Source of the DNA: an uncultured bacterium
Lineage (GTDB): Bacteria > Patescibacteriota > Minisyncoccia > Phycocordibacterales > UBA9973
Reading direction: 5' to 3'
Assembly (NCBI GenBank): GCA_937903035.1
Contig: CALCZP010000004.1
Location: 181,506 to 245,505 of the forward strand
Length of the DNA stretch: 64,000 bases
Shown here: one piece after another, positions 44,760 through 53,390 of the stretch
Position numbering within the stretch: position 1 is the stretch's first letter
Layout: every line of letters begins with the position of its first letter
Notes under the pieces: model-generated
What the model saw: only the letters and a program-made list of their open reading frames with translations
Database searches by the model: none
What the model was told of the DNA's origin: nothing
Made by a program: the position numbers and the translations under genes

Positions 44760-46430
44760 TTACATCTTTTCAGGTACTGTACTACCAAGCAGTGCGAGAC
44801 CTTTTGTCATCGTCCTATAAAGTGCATGCGTAATACCAAGTCGATACGCAGATGCTTCAGTATTGTCATCAATAATCTTCTGCTGCCCATAGTAGCTATT
44901 GAATGCCTGTGCGAGCTCCATAAGATAGGTCACCAGGTAATGCGGTGTCCATTCAGTCTGACAGCGAATCACGATATCCGGGAAACGTGCAATCATACGC
45001 TCAAGGATTTCAGTACCCACGATCGGTTTTTGCATACTTGGAGCAATACCTGCTTCTTCACCTTTCTTCACAAGCGACATCGCGCGCACTGCGGTGTATT
45101 GGAGATAGGGACCACTATCCCCTTCAAATGACAATGATGTTTCAGGATCAAAGTTGATATCCTTGCCTGGCATTGCGCGCAAGATTACCAGCCTGATCGC
45201 AGCAATACCAATCATCTCTGCTGACTCCGGAGTGATATCAGCATTCTTTTCTTTTACTTCCTCAACAACGGTTGCAAGCACATCCTCTGCAAGCGGTACC
45301 CCACCAAGTCGTGATGACATTTTTTGACCCTTGAAGCTCATGCGACCGTGATACCGATGGAGACTATGTTGCTTCCAGAGAGGATTGATATGCATCGCTG
45401 CATCCAGAACGACGTTGAAGTGCGACACCTGTTGCGCATCGGTAATAAAAATAGAGAGATCAGGATTGTGTTTTGCAAATTTGAGTTCAAGTAGTCCGAG
45501 GTCTTTTGCTTCATACGTCGGATTGCCTTTGCTGTTGATAAAGACTGCAGTATGAAGCTTTTGGGACTCGTCCGGTGTGTACACAATCGCCCCTTCACTC
45601 TCGGTAAAGACTTTTGGTGTATGTGCAAGCACGAGCTTCTTGCCATCAACTCCTGCTTCACTTTCATAGATATAAGAGTCAAAGTGTGAGCCGAGTCGTG
45701 CGACGATTGTTTCAAAGTACGCGATATTGAATTCTTTGCAGCGCTCATAGAGTGACCATTCTGGTGATGATGTTTGTGCATAGAGGTTGTCAGCAATTTC
45801 CTTTACTCGCGTCTGCACTGATTCATCATCCTCGTATCGCTTTGTCCCCTCAACATATGCATCACCGAGTATTGAAACCTGCTCTGGTGCAAAGTCTGCA
45901 CCGTATTTCTCAAGGAGTATAAACACCGCCTTTGCCACACCAAGTGACACATCAGATGGAAATGACATCGTAGACACATCAGCGCCAGAAGCTTTGGCAA
46001 GACGAGTGATCGACTCCCCTACAGTGTTGTTCATGAGGTGTCCAATATGAAATGGCTTAAAAAGATTTGGAGATGAATGCTCCACGAGAATTTTCTTGCC
46101 TTCATACACGGTTGTCTGCCCCCATGAGTCTTTATTCACATCCGCAAGAATATCGAGGATCACCGAGCGATCAAGTTCAAAGTTGATGAAGCCGGGCGCC
46201 GCAACACTCACTGATGCGATGCGACTATCTGCGGACTGGAGTACCTGCATGAGCTCAGTCGCGATCTCGGTCGGATTTTTGCCGAGCTGCTTTGAGGCGA
46301 TCAGCGCAACATTAGTCGCATAGTCACCATGCGAGAGATCCTTGGGACGCTCGAGACTAAACGCCACATCAGCTATGCCAAACTTCGCCTGAAGCACGTC
46401 TGCAATGAGTGTTCGGATGGTGGATTCCAT
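44760..46430 (-). CDS. argS: Arginyl-tRNA synthetase
   Basis: 556 aa with an N-terminal Arg add-on domain, HIGH (PFHIGHLMNNTVG) and a C-terminal DALR anticodon-binding region. Confidence 0.9.
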   Translation of the reverse strand: MESTIRTLIADVLQAKFGIADVAFSLERPKDLSHGDYATNVALIASKQLGKNPTEIATELMQVLQSADSRIASVSVAAPGFINFELDRSVILDILADVNKDSWGQTTVYEGKKILVEHSSPNLFKPFHIGHLMNNTVGESITRLAKASGADVSTMSFPSDVSLGVAKAVFILLEKYGADFAPEQVSILGDAYVEGTKRYEDDESVQTRVKEIADNLYAQTSSPEWSLYERCKEFNIAYFETIVARLGSHFDSYIYESEAGVDGKKLVLAHTPKVFTESEGAIVYTPDESQKLHTAVFINSKGNPTYEAKDLGLLELKFAKHNPDLSIFITDAQQVSHFNVVLDAAMHINPLWKQHSLHRYHGRMSFKGQKMSSRLGGVPLAEDVLATVVEEVKEKNADITPESAEMIGIAAIRLVILRAMPGKDINFDPETSLSFEGDSGPYLQYTAVRAMSLVKKGEEAGIAPSMQKPIVGTEILERMIARFPDIVIRCQTEWTPHYLVTYLMELAQAFNSYYGQQKIIDDNTEASAYRLGITHALYRTMTKGLALLGSTVPEKM

Positions 46431-46512
46431 ATGGTGATTCTAGCAGAAAACGCCTAAATCGCGAGCGTTGACTTTCCCCCACTTTGGAGTACTCTACTGA
46501 AAAACTACAACT

Positions 46513-47094
46513 ATGAACCAAGAAAAATCAAATAAGCAGTACGATACAATCATCGCTGACTGCAAAAAAGAATTCATTAAAAAAAACAAAAAATACGGAA
46601 ACAGTCTCGATAGCTATGACGCAATGGGTGTCCTTTCAAAAGTTTTTATCAAGCTGTATCGCATTGCCTCAATCCAGGAAGCTGGAGAATATAAAGTTGA
46701 AGGCGAACCTATTGAGAAAGAACTTCCCGGCATTATCAACTATTGTTTGTTTGGCATCACTGTCGCAAACCAAATAGCAAGCGGAATAAGAGTATGTTAT
46801 AGCAGCGATGCACTCTTTCAAGAGTATGACCAAGCAGCAGCATCTACGAGAAATTTATTTCAAAAGAAAAATCATGATTATGGTGAAGCATGGCGACAGC
46901 TCTCAATAAGCTATATGACACAGGAATGCCTGGTAAAGTATAATCGCATGCTTACGATGTACGCCGGATTAAAATTCAAGCCTGAGAATCGACAAGAACT
47001 TCAAAAAGAATTCATCGAAGTGTTCTCTGACATTTGCAACTACTGTATTTTTTGTTGTATTCGTATTTCAGAAGGCGCAAACGCTATGGTGTAG
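46513..47094 (+). CDS. DUF1599-like protein with two tandem repeats, each carrying a K-x-x-(D/K)YG..W motif
   Basis: 193 aa. KQYDTIIADCKKEFIKKNKKYGNSLDSYDAMG...IINY and again NLFQKKNHDYGEAWRQLSISYMT. This resembles the DUF1599 family, which is often found next to thymidylate synthase and folA genes. The region is AT-rich. Confidence 0.5.
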   Translation: MNQEKSNKQYDTIIADCKKEFIKKNKKYGNSLDSYDAMGVLSKVFIKLYRIASIQEAGEYKVEGEPIEKELPGIINYCLFGITVANQIASGIRVCYSSDALFQEYDQAAASTRNLFQKKNHDYGEAWRQLSISYMTQECLVKYNRMLTMYAGLKFKPENRQELQKEFIEVFSDICNYCIFCCIRISEGANAMV

Positions 47095-47097
47095 CAC

Positions 47098-47131
47098 AAA
47101 TTCCCGACCAGAGATTGGTCGGGAATTTTTA
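47098..47131 (+). terminator. Intrinsic terminator (or attenuator) between the DUF1599-like gene and thyX
   Basis: TTCCCGACCAGAGATTGGTCGGGAATTTTT. Confidence 0.6.
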
Positions 47132-47199
47132 TTTGACTTCCTTACTATTTAAGGTAATGTAAGCTCAAACAACATTTCGTCATTTAAAAACAACTCAAT

Positions 47200-48648
47200 A
47201 TGACTCAACAAAACGAAACATCTTCTAATGTCATCATTATCGATGGACTATCACCAGAAGAAGGGGCAATGTCCCAAGCCTTGTACTCCAGACGACCACA
47301 GAGCATTCTCAGCCATTTGGAACAAATATGGAAAAAAGGTGCTCAAGGTTTTATGGAAACATGGTACACAGGGTACGGACATAACAGTATTGGCGATTGT
47401 GGTTCAACAACGCTTTATTTTGAACATGTAAGCATGCTGGCCGCAAAAGCAATCCAAAACAATCCGCTCTACAACGGACAAGAAGCGAGTACTCGTTACT
47501 TGGATTTCGCCGGTAGAATGATGGTTAATCCCCTCGCGGGCTTACCAAATGCAAAGTATTTGTACATACCAAAAGAAAATTTGAATGCTGCATCTCTAAT
47601 TGATGCTCCATCATTTTTTTCAGAAAAGTACAAAAAGTTTGCAAACGAGTCCGCAAGCGAACAAGGAAAAATTATCCAAGAAACATGGATGGCATTTTAC
47701 GAAAAAAGCATGCCGATTGTTAAAAAATATGTTGCCGAACTCAATCCAAAAAGTGATGACCAAACAGATTCTCAGTATGACAAAGCTGTAAATGCCCGTG
47801 CATTTGATATCATGCGAGGATTTATCCCCGCAGGTATGACAACTCTTGTGAGCTGGCATAGCAATATCAGGCAGCTGCGTGATAACCTTGCAATCTTGAA
47901 GTACCACCCAAGTACTGAAGTTGCGCGAATTGCAATGACTGCACTTGCCGGACTCAAAGCAGTCTATCCAGCAAGCTTTGACAAAAAAGTGTATGACAAA
48001 ACTGAAGAGTATTATCAAATGCTTGCAGAAGAGTTTTCTTATACAGAATGGGCCCTTGAACCAGAATATATAAGCAAAGGCTTTGAAATCATCGGTAATT
48101 TTGATACTGAGATAATCAAAAAAGATTTTAGGAAAGTTCTTGAAAACAGACCAGAAAAAACAATCCCACCACATCAACTAGGTAGGGCTGGTGAGATAAA
48201 TGTTTCTTTCATGATTGACTTTGGTTCATTTCGTGATGCCCAACGCCACCGCAAGGGTGTATGCATGATGCCGCTTTTGACAACAAAGTATGGATTCCAT
48301 TCATGGTATCTCGAACGACTGCCACAAGAAGTTCGTATCGAAGCTGAAAAGCTTATCGCTGAAATGGATATACTTATCAATGCTCTTCCCTGCGCAGACG
48401 TTGAACGACAGTACTATATTCCAATGGGATATAAAGTTCCTGCAGATTTTACCTGGTCATTTGATCAATGTATCTATGTTGCAGAACTCCGCAGTGCGAC
48501 AACAGTTCATCCAACATTCCGTATTCACGCTCAAGCTTTGGGTAGATGGATTGAAGAAACAGTTCCTTACGCAAAACTCTATGTTGATTATTCAGAAGAC
48601 ACCTGGAGCTACAAACGAGGCTCACAAGACATCACTGAAAAACAGTAA
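47200..48648 (+). CDS. thyX: Tandem-duplicated FAD-dependent thymidylate synthase ThyX (pseudo-dimer); the first repeat lacks the RHR signature, the second keeps it
   Basis: 482 aa, roughly twice the ThyX length. Both halves contain the ThyX C-terminal block: WHSNIRQLRDNLAILKYHPSTEVARIAM and FTWSFDQCIYVAELRSATTVHPTFRIHAQALGRWI, matching the [24 protein letters not shown] block seen in Thermotoga ThyX. Half 2 has FRDAQRHRKG (RHR). At the equivalent position half 1 has AIQNNPLYNGQEASTRY (RHR replaced by NNP). Confidence 0.7.
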   Translation: MTQQNETSSNVIIIDGLSPEEGAMSQALYSRRPQSILSHLEQIWKKGAQGFMETWYTGYGHNSIGDCGSTTLYFEHVSMLAAKAIQNNPLYNGQEASTRYLDFAGRMMVNPLAGLPNAKYLYIPKENLNAASLIDAPSFFSEKYKKFANESASEQGKIIQETWMAFYEKSMPIVKKYVAELNPKSDDQTDSQYDKAVNARAFDIMRGFIPAGMTTLVSWHSNIRQLRDNLAILKYHPSTEVARIAMTALAGLKAVYPASFDKKVYDKTEEYYQMLAEEFSYTEWALEPEYISKGFEIIGNFDTEIIKKDFRKVLENRPEKTIPPHQLGRAGEINVSFMIDFGSFRDAQRHRKGVCMMPLLTTKYGFHSWYLERLPQEVRIEAEKLIAEMDILINALPCADVERQYYIPMGYKVPADFTWSFDQCIYVAELRSATTVHPTFRIHAQALGRWIEETVPYAKLYVDYSEDTWSYKRGSQDITEKQ

Positions 48649-48649
48649 A

Positions 48650-48677
48650 ACAACCCCGCACTAGTGCGGGGTTTTTA
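48650..48677. terminator. Bidirectional intrinsic terminator between thyX (+) and the NDT-like gene (-)
   Basis: AAAACAACCCCGCACTAGTGCGGGGTTTTT. Confidence 0.65.
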
Positions 48678-49163
48678 TTACTCATGAATGAATTCAGACT
48701 CTTCAATATTTTTCTGAACAATCTTAAGTTCTTCAAGAAAAAACGGGATAAGTTCCTCAATAGATTCTTTGTATCGAATAAAAGAAGTACTTCTTTTATT
48801 TACATCATACAAGGATGCACCTATGGGCAAGTGCGAAACCAGTGCATCCTTGTGGGCACACATCAGCACCCTGATACCATGCTTCTCTATTGACGTAGCA
48901 AGCTCCCACCCTAACCCGGTTGAAGGATACGATAACTCTCCAATCATGGCATGAGCATTACCAACGCATTCATGAATATCTGTGCAATATATTTCGTGCG
49001 AATCAGGCTGCTTTCCGTTTGATGCAGAATTTGCATTCCAAAAATCAAGCACCTCTATCCACTCAATGGAGCGAAGTTTGTTTTTAAATGATGCAATTTG
49101 ATCTTTGTATTCTTGTGGGGCATACGTTAATCCGCAGCCAACATACAGTTTTACAATTGTCAT
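48678..49163 (-). CDS. Nucleoside 2-deoxyribosyltransferase-like protein (NDT/DNPH1 fold)
   Basis: 161 aa. The N-terminus is VKLYVGCGLTY. STGLGWELATS matches the NDT catalytic motif DVGLGMELGYA with its Glu nucleophile. Confidence 0.6.
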   Translation of the reverse strand: MTIVKLYVGCGLTYAPQEYKDQIASFKNKLRSIEWIEVLDFWNANSASNGKQPDSHEIYCTDIHECVGNAHAMIGELSYPSTGLGWELATSIEKHGIRVLMCAHKDALVSHLPIGASLYDVNKRSTSFIRYKESIEELIPFFLEELKIVQKNIEESEFIHE

Positions 49164-49247
49164 AATGTATAGTTTTAGTTTAGAGGCATACTATCCTTAA
49201 TCCAAAAAAAGTCAAAGAAAAACCCCACAATAACGCGGGGTTTTAGT

Positions 49248-49622
49248 TTACTTTTTTTCTTCATACAAAAAGAACTCTTTGTTATGGAAAACCCATACTG
49301 GAATTTGAGTTTTCTGGCTATCATACTTGCTATACCGTGAAAGCTCTGTTCGTACAATGGTTAGGCATTGTTTAATAAAAGGCTCAAGCTCGACACGGAA
49401 CACGTTTTTAGATGAACTGATTTTTATCTCCATAGATAACGTATCAGGATGCGGCATGTCACCTTGTTGAAAAACGAGGTAGATCGGACTTTTGTGTTCA
49501 ACAGCAAAGAGTGCTACCGCCATCTCGAACAACTGTTTTACAAGTGCAGCTCGCAATATCTCACGTGCCTTACTACTCATCAATACAGCGTACTTTCCGT
49601 ACGTAATTGTTATGTAGATCAT
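49248..49622 (-). CDS. Hypothetical protein
   Basis: About 124 aa from the internal ATG (MIYITITYGKYAV...). No family recognised. It is divergent from the DHFR-like gene. Confidence 0.35.
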   Translation of the reverse strand: MIYITITYGKYAVLMSSKAREILRAALVKQLFEMAVALFAVEHKSPIYLVFQQGDMPHPDTLSMEIKISSSKNVFRVELEPFIKQCLTIVRTELSRYSKYDSQKTQIPVWVFHNKEFFLYEEKK

Positions 49623-49724
49623 AGTCCTAGGTTTTGTTTGTCCAGATACTACGCTTTGTGGGGTAAAAGTCAAAGCTCTTTACTTTCCTATAGTTTACTG
49701 TAGTGTACATAAAAACACTTAACT

Positions 49725-50234
49725 ATGATAACAATACATGTTGTTCTTGGGAGAGAAAATCGTATTTATGGACTACCCTGGATTCCAAACCTTGCAGTAT
49801 CAGAAAAGCACTACATACGACAAACAAAAGGCAATGTAGTCATTCTTTCCTACAAAATGTGGGAGTTATTTAGTAAACAAGAAAAAATCTTTAATGAAGC
49901 AAAACCTGTATTTGTCTTTGGTAAAGGCAAAGTTCCTCTACCAGAACTTCCTAAAGATGCTTCGCATTTTGAAAACATTATCCATGCTATATCTCCCTAC
50001 TACGGACTCAAAAATACAGAAATTTTTGTTCTTGGTGGAACTGAATTTTTTGAATCATTGATCCGTGATAGTGCAGTAAAGCGAATCTTCATAACTCGAA
50101 TAGATGAAGATCTTGAATCTCCTATGACGTTTGATAAGGGTCTCCTTTCAAGCTTTAGGCAGTATTATGAAGATACATGGCGTGAAAGAACTAATGAAGT
50201 ATCTGCCGTAGAATTTCAGGTCTGGGCAAAGTAA
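49725..50234 (+). CDS. Dihydrofolate reductase-family protein (divergent)
   Basis: 169 aa aligning to DHFR blocks: RIYGLPW (IGxxNxxPW), VVILSYKMWELF (VIMGRKTWES), FVLGGTEFFESLI (VIGGGxxYExxL) and IFITRIDED (LYLTHID.E). The usual catalytic Asp position seems to be Asn, but the alignment is uncertain. Confidence 0.5.
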   Translation: MITIHVVLGRENRIYGLPWIPNLAVSEKHYIRQTKGNVVILSYKMWELFSKQEKIFNEAKPVFVFGKGKVPLPELPKDASHFENIIHAISPYYGLKNTEIFVLGGTEFFESLIRDSAVKRIFITRIDEDLESPMTFDKGLLSSFRQYYEDTWRERTNEVSAVEFQVWAK

Positions 50235-50245
50235 GTACCTCTCCA

Positions 50246-50275
50246 CAAAAAACCGCATCATCATGATGCGGTTTT
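50246..50275. terminator. Bidirectional intrinsic terminator (DHFR-like gene + / rplK -)
   Basis: AAAAAACCGCATCATCATGATGCGGTTTTT. Confidence 0.65.
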
Positions 50276-50286
50276 TCTTTTTGGCA

Positions 50287-50712
50287 TTAGCCGATGATTT
50301 CGATTCCAGCTGAGCGAGCTGAGCCTTCGACGATCTTCATCGCTGCCTCAATATCGTTTGCATTGAGGTCGGGCATCTTGCGCTCTGCAATGGTGCGAAC
50401 CTGATCGCGGGTAAGCTTGCCTACCTTTGAAGTACGAGCTTTACCTGAACCTTTCTCAACACCTGCTGCTTTGAAGATGAGTGAGGTCATCGTTGGTTCG
50501 GTCACCCGAAAGTCGTATGAACGGTCATCGTAGACATCGATCTTGACACCGAGGGTTTCGCCACGCTTGTCAGCAGTCGCTGCGTTGAACTTCTGGACGA
50601 AGTCACTGATGTTTACACCAGCCTGACCGAGTGCGGGACCAAGTGGAGGCGCAGGAGTAGCCATGCCACCCATTGCGCGAAGTTTGATACGTTTGGTAAT
50701 GTTTTTTGCCAT
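50287..50712 (-). CDS. rplK: 50S ribosomal protein L11
   Basis: 141 aa: KLRAMGGMATPAPPLGPALGQAGVNISDFVQKFN... Confidence 0.95.
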   Translation of the reverse strand: MAKNITKRIKLRAMGGMATPAPPLGPALGQAGVNISDFVQKFNAATADKRGETLGVKIDVYDDRSYDFRVTEPTMTSLIFKAAGVEKGSGKARTSKVGKLTRDQVRTIAERKMPDLNANDIEAAMKIVEGSARSAGIEIIG

Positions 50713-50909
50713 ATAAATTGGGGGTTAGTGCTAATGTAGAAGCATAGCGTAACAGGGACACTATAGCATAAAAGACGTAGGTGTAAATACGACATTCCTT
50801 GCCGCAGTAATACTCCTGCCTGCGGAACTCGCCTATCAGCTCAGACAGTCCTCGTCAGCAGTATTACTGCGCTTCGTCGTTTATACGAGATACCTGAGCA
50901 CAAACGAAA
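50713..50909 (-). promoter_or_regulatory. rplK promoter and structured 5' leader
   Basis: A 200-nt leader containing an 11-bp inverted repeat GCAGTAATACT...AGTATTACTGC (about 50806-50872) between the nusG terminator and the rplK start. Confidence 0.3.
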
Positions 50910-50990
50910 CAAAAAGCCCGTTCCATATTGTTTGAGAAAGGGGTTGGGTGGGACTGGCCTTTCGAAGACAATATGGAACGGGCTTTTGTG
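50910..50990 (-). terminator. Large stem-loop terminator after nusG
   Basis: A perfect 17-bp inverted repeat AGCCCGTTCCATATTGT ... ACAATATGGAACGGGCT with a structured 36-nt loop, followed on the minus strand by TTTTTGTTTCG. Confidence 0.6.
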
Positions 50991-50996
50991 AGTGAT

Positions 50997-51545
50997 TTAG
51001 AGTTTCTTGACCTGGAGGAAGTCGAGCTCAACAGGGGTCTCGCGACCAAAGAGTGATACCATGACTTTGACCTTGCCGCGCTCGCGATCAACTTCTGATA
51101 CGCGACCTTCTGAGTCCTTGAACGGACCATCATTGATAATAATGATTTCCCCTACTTCAAGGTCGATTGTGTGCTTTGCATCACCAGTATCTTCCATCTT
51201 GCCAAGGAGGTAGTCGATCTCTTTCTGCGTCAGTGGCACTGGAGTTACACCTGCACCCACAAATCCGGTCACCCGAGGCGTGTTACGAACGATGTACCAT
51301 GTATCCTCGTCCACGATCATATCCACGAGAATGTATCCAGGATATACCTTTTCTTCAACTTCAACGCGCTTGCCGCCTTTGATCTTGATTTTCTTTTCTA
51401 CGGGAACGACAACATTAAAGATTTTTTCTTGGACGCCAAGACTTTCGATACGCTGCTTGAGATTGCGAAGCACCGCATTTTCATAGCCTGAGTACGTGTG
51501 AATCGCGTACCAGTGTCGTTCACCTGTGTGTTCTTGTTTAGACAT
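50997..51545 (-). CDS. nusG: Transcription termination/antitermination factor NusG
   Basis: 182 aa. The NGN domain (WYAIHTYSGYENAV) and the C-terminal KOW (GEIIIINDGPFKDSEGRVSEVD) are both present. Confidence 0.9.
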   Translation of the reverse strand: MSKQEHTGERHWYAIHTYSGYENAVLRNLKQRIESLGVQEKIFNVVVPVEKKIKIKGGKRVEVEEKVYPGYILVDMIVDEDTWYIVRNTPRVTGFVGAGVTPVPLTQKEIDYLLGKMEDTGDAKHTIDLEVGEIIIINDGPFKDSEGRVSEVDRERGKVKVMVSLFGRETPVELDFLQVKKL

Positions 51546-51550
51546 AGTTG

Positions 51551-51730
51551 TTATTGAATAAGACTTCGGAGCAATGCTTGGAACATGAGATCAAATCCCC
51601 CGAGCATATAGCCGAGTGCTACTGAAAATAAAATGACGACCAATGCGTACAGCAAGGCTTTGTTGCGGCTTGGCCACGTGACCTGCTTCATTTCCGCTTT
51701 TGTTTCTTTGAGAAATTGTAGTGCTTTCAT
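51551..51730 (-). CDS. secE: Preprotein translocase subunit SecE
   Basis: Start at the internal ATG: MKALQFLKETKAEMKQVTWPSRNKALLYALVVILFSVALGYMLGGFD. This is the canonical short SecE, upstream of nusG. Confidence 0.85.
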   Translation of the reverse strand: MKALQFLKETKAEMKQVTWPSRNKALLYALVVILFSVALGYMLGGFDLMFQALLRSLIQ

Positions 51731-51812
51731 GGTGATTAAATCGCTCTTACTAAAAACCGCCCCGGAGGGCTGAATACACACATCATACCCTGTGTATTCT
51801 TTTTAGTCAAAT

Positions 51813-51845
51813 AAAAATCACCCTTCTACGGAAGGGTGATTTTTG
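51813..51845. terminator. Bidirectional intrinsic terminator after the SIMPL gene
   Basis: AAAAATCACCCTTCTACGGAAGGGTGATTTTTG. Confidence 0.65.
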
Positions 51846-51862
51846 AGTAGAAAACTTAGAAC

Positions 51863-52660
51863 TTAACGAATTTCGTAGACTACACTTACGGTAGTTTGTA
51901 CGTTCTGCACACCAACAGGAATACTTGGTGCAGCACTTCCCGCTACAGCGTCACGAGACATTTCAAGTTTTGCTGCATACGGCATTGGATAGCCACTACC
52001 TTGTTCACTAAATGACACGATACGTACAAGGTGCACACCGAGCGCTTTTGCGAGCTTCTGTGCTTCATCTTTTGCATCATCGATGGCTGCGTTACGAGCT
52101 TCACGAGCAACAGCCTTATCATCTTCAAATCCAAATGATGGACCACTCATGTCGGTTACACCGTTTGTTCCGAGGATACCAAGGACAGTCTCAACCTTGT
52201 CGAGATCTTTGATTGCAAGTGAAATGTTTTGTGACACTTCATAGCCACGAAGACTTGGATTTGACTGTGGGCATGGTGCACGGAAGCACTGTATCTGAGG
52301 ATAGTCGTACTGTGGGTATGATGTATAAGATTCAGTCTTGATGTATTTTTCTTCAAGCCCTGCATCCATCAATGCTTTTTTGATAGCATCGACTTTAGTA
52401 CTCACCGTACTCTGTGCAGTCTTGAGATCCTTTTGTTCGTTGCGAATAGAGAATGAGATCTTTGCTGTGTCAGGAGCTTTTTCTACCTTACCCTGTCCAG
52501 TCACCGTGATGGTATTCGTCGCGGAAAGACCACTTCCAATAAAGCGATGTTCCTTAAACGCATTGAGTGTAAGACCAAGGAACAAGAGTCCAAGCAAAAT
52601 GCCAAGACCAACGATAACTCTAATAATGATTGTTTGATATTTTTCGATAAATGGGTGCAT
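51863..52660 (-). CDS. SIMPL/DUF541-domain secreted protein (YggE-like)
   Basis: 265 aa with an N-terminal TM/signal segment. It has a SIMPL-like repeat pattern, e.g. KISFSIRNEQKDLKTAQSTVSTKVDAIKKAL. Confidence 0.6.
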   Translation of the reverse strand: MHPFIEKYQTIIIRVIVGLGILLGLLFLGLTLNAFKEHRFIGSGLSATNTITVTGQGKVEKAPDTAKISFSIRNEQKDLKTAQSTVSTKVDAIKKALMDAGLEEKYIKTESYTSYPQYDYPQIQCFRAPCPQSNPSLRGYEVSQNISLAIKDLDKVETVLGILGTNGVTDMSGPSFGFEDDKAVAREARNAAIDDAKDEAQKLAKALGVHLVRIVSFSEQGSGYPMPYAAKLEMSRDAVAGSAAPSIPVGVQNVQTTVSVVYEIR

Positions 52661-52681
52661 CTGCCTAGTATACCAGACTAC

Positions 52682-53365
52682 CTAGGCTTTTTTGTTGAGT
52701 TCGTCACCTATAAGTCTCCCATCAGCTAATGTAATAATCCGGTGACACATTGCTGCGTAGTCAGGCTCGTGGGTTACCATCACAATCGTCTGTCCATGCT
52801 TGTTGAGCTCAAGAAAGGCTTCAAGTACCGTGTGTGATGTCTCAGAGTCAAGGTTGGCGGTCGGCTCGTCAGCAAAGACAATCTTGGGGTCATGACCGAT
52901 CGCACGCGCAATGGAAACACGTTGTTGTTGTCCCCCAGAGAGCTGACTCGGAAGGTTGTGCATGCGATCAGAAAGTCCGACACGTGAGAGTGCATAGGCA
53001 GCTTTTTCGGAAGCTTTTTTCTCATCAAGACCCTGCATAAGGAGTGGCACCATAACATTTTCAAGTGCAGTAAGTGTCGGCAGGATTGCATAGTCCTGGA
53101 AAATATACCCAAGCGAGTTGAGACGAAGTCTCGTACGATCATGCTCAGAGAGGTTCACACTTTCAATACCGTCGATATAGACCTTCCCCCCAGTCGGCAT
53201 ATCAAGGAGTCCAAGCTGGTACAGGAGCGTACTTTTACCTGAACCACTACGACCAGTGATCGCCACAAACTGTCCTTCGGGAATATCAAATGAGACATCC
53301 TCCACTGCATGGATTTCAGCGTCTCCTGTTTTAAATGTTTTAAATAGATGTTCAACTTTAATCAT
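52682..53365 (-). CDS. ABC transporter ATP-binding protein (MacB/LolD/FtsE type)
   Basis: 227 aa with GRSGSGKSTLL, LSGGQQQRVSIARA and Walker B FADEPTANLD. Confidence 0.9.
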   Translation of the reverse strand: MIKVEHLFKTFKTGDAEIHAVEDVSFDIPEGQFVAITGRSGSGKSTLLYQLGLLDMPTGGKVYIDGIESVNLSEHDRTRLRLNSLGYIFQDYAILPTLTALENVMVPLLMQGLDEKKASEKAAYALSRVGLSDRMHNLPSQLSGGQQQRVSIARAIGHDPKIVFADEPTANLDSETSHTVLEAFLELNKHGQTIVMVTHEPDYAAMCHRIITLADGRLIGDELNKKA

Positions 53366-53390
53366 AAAAGTATTACTTCAAAAAAATATA

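Noticed and set aside
51731-51862. tRNA-Trp expected upstream of secE
   Set aside because: No cloverleaf, T-loop GTTCGA or CCA anticodon loop is present. The region contains only hairpin terminators.
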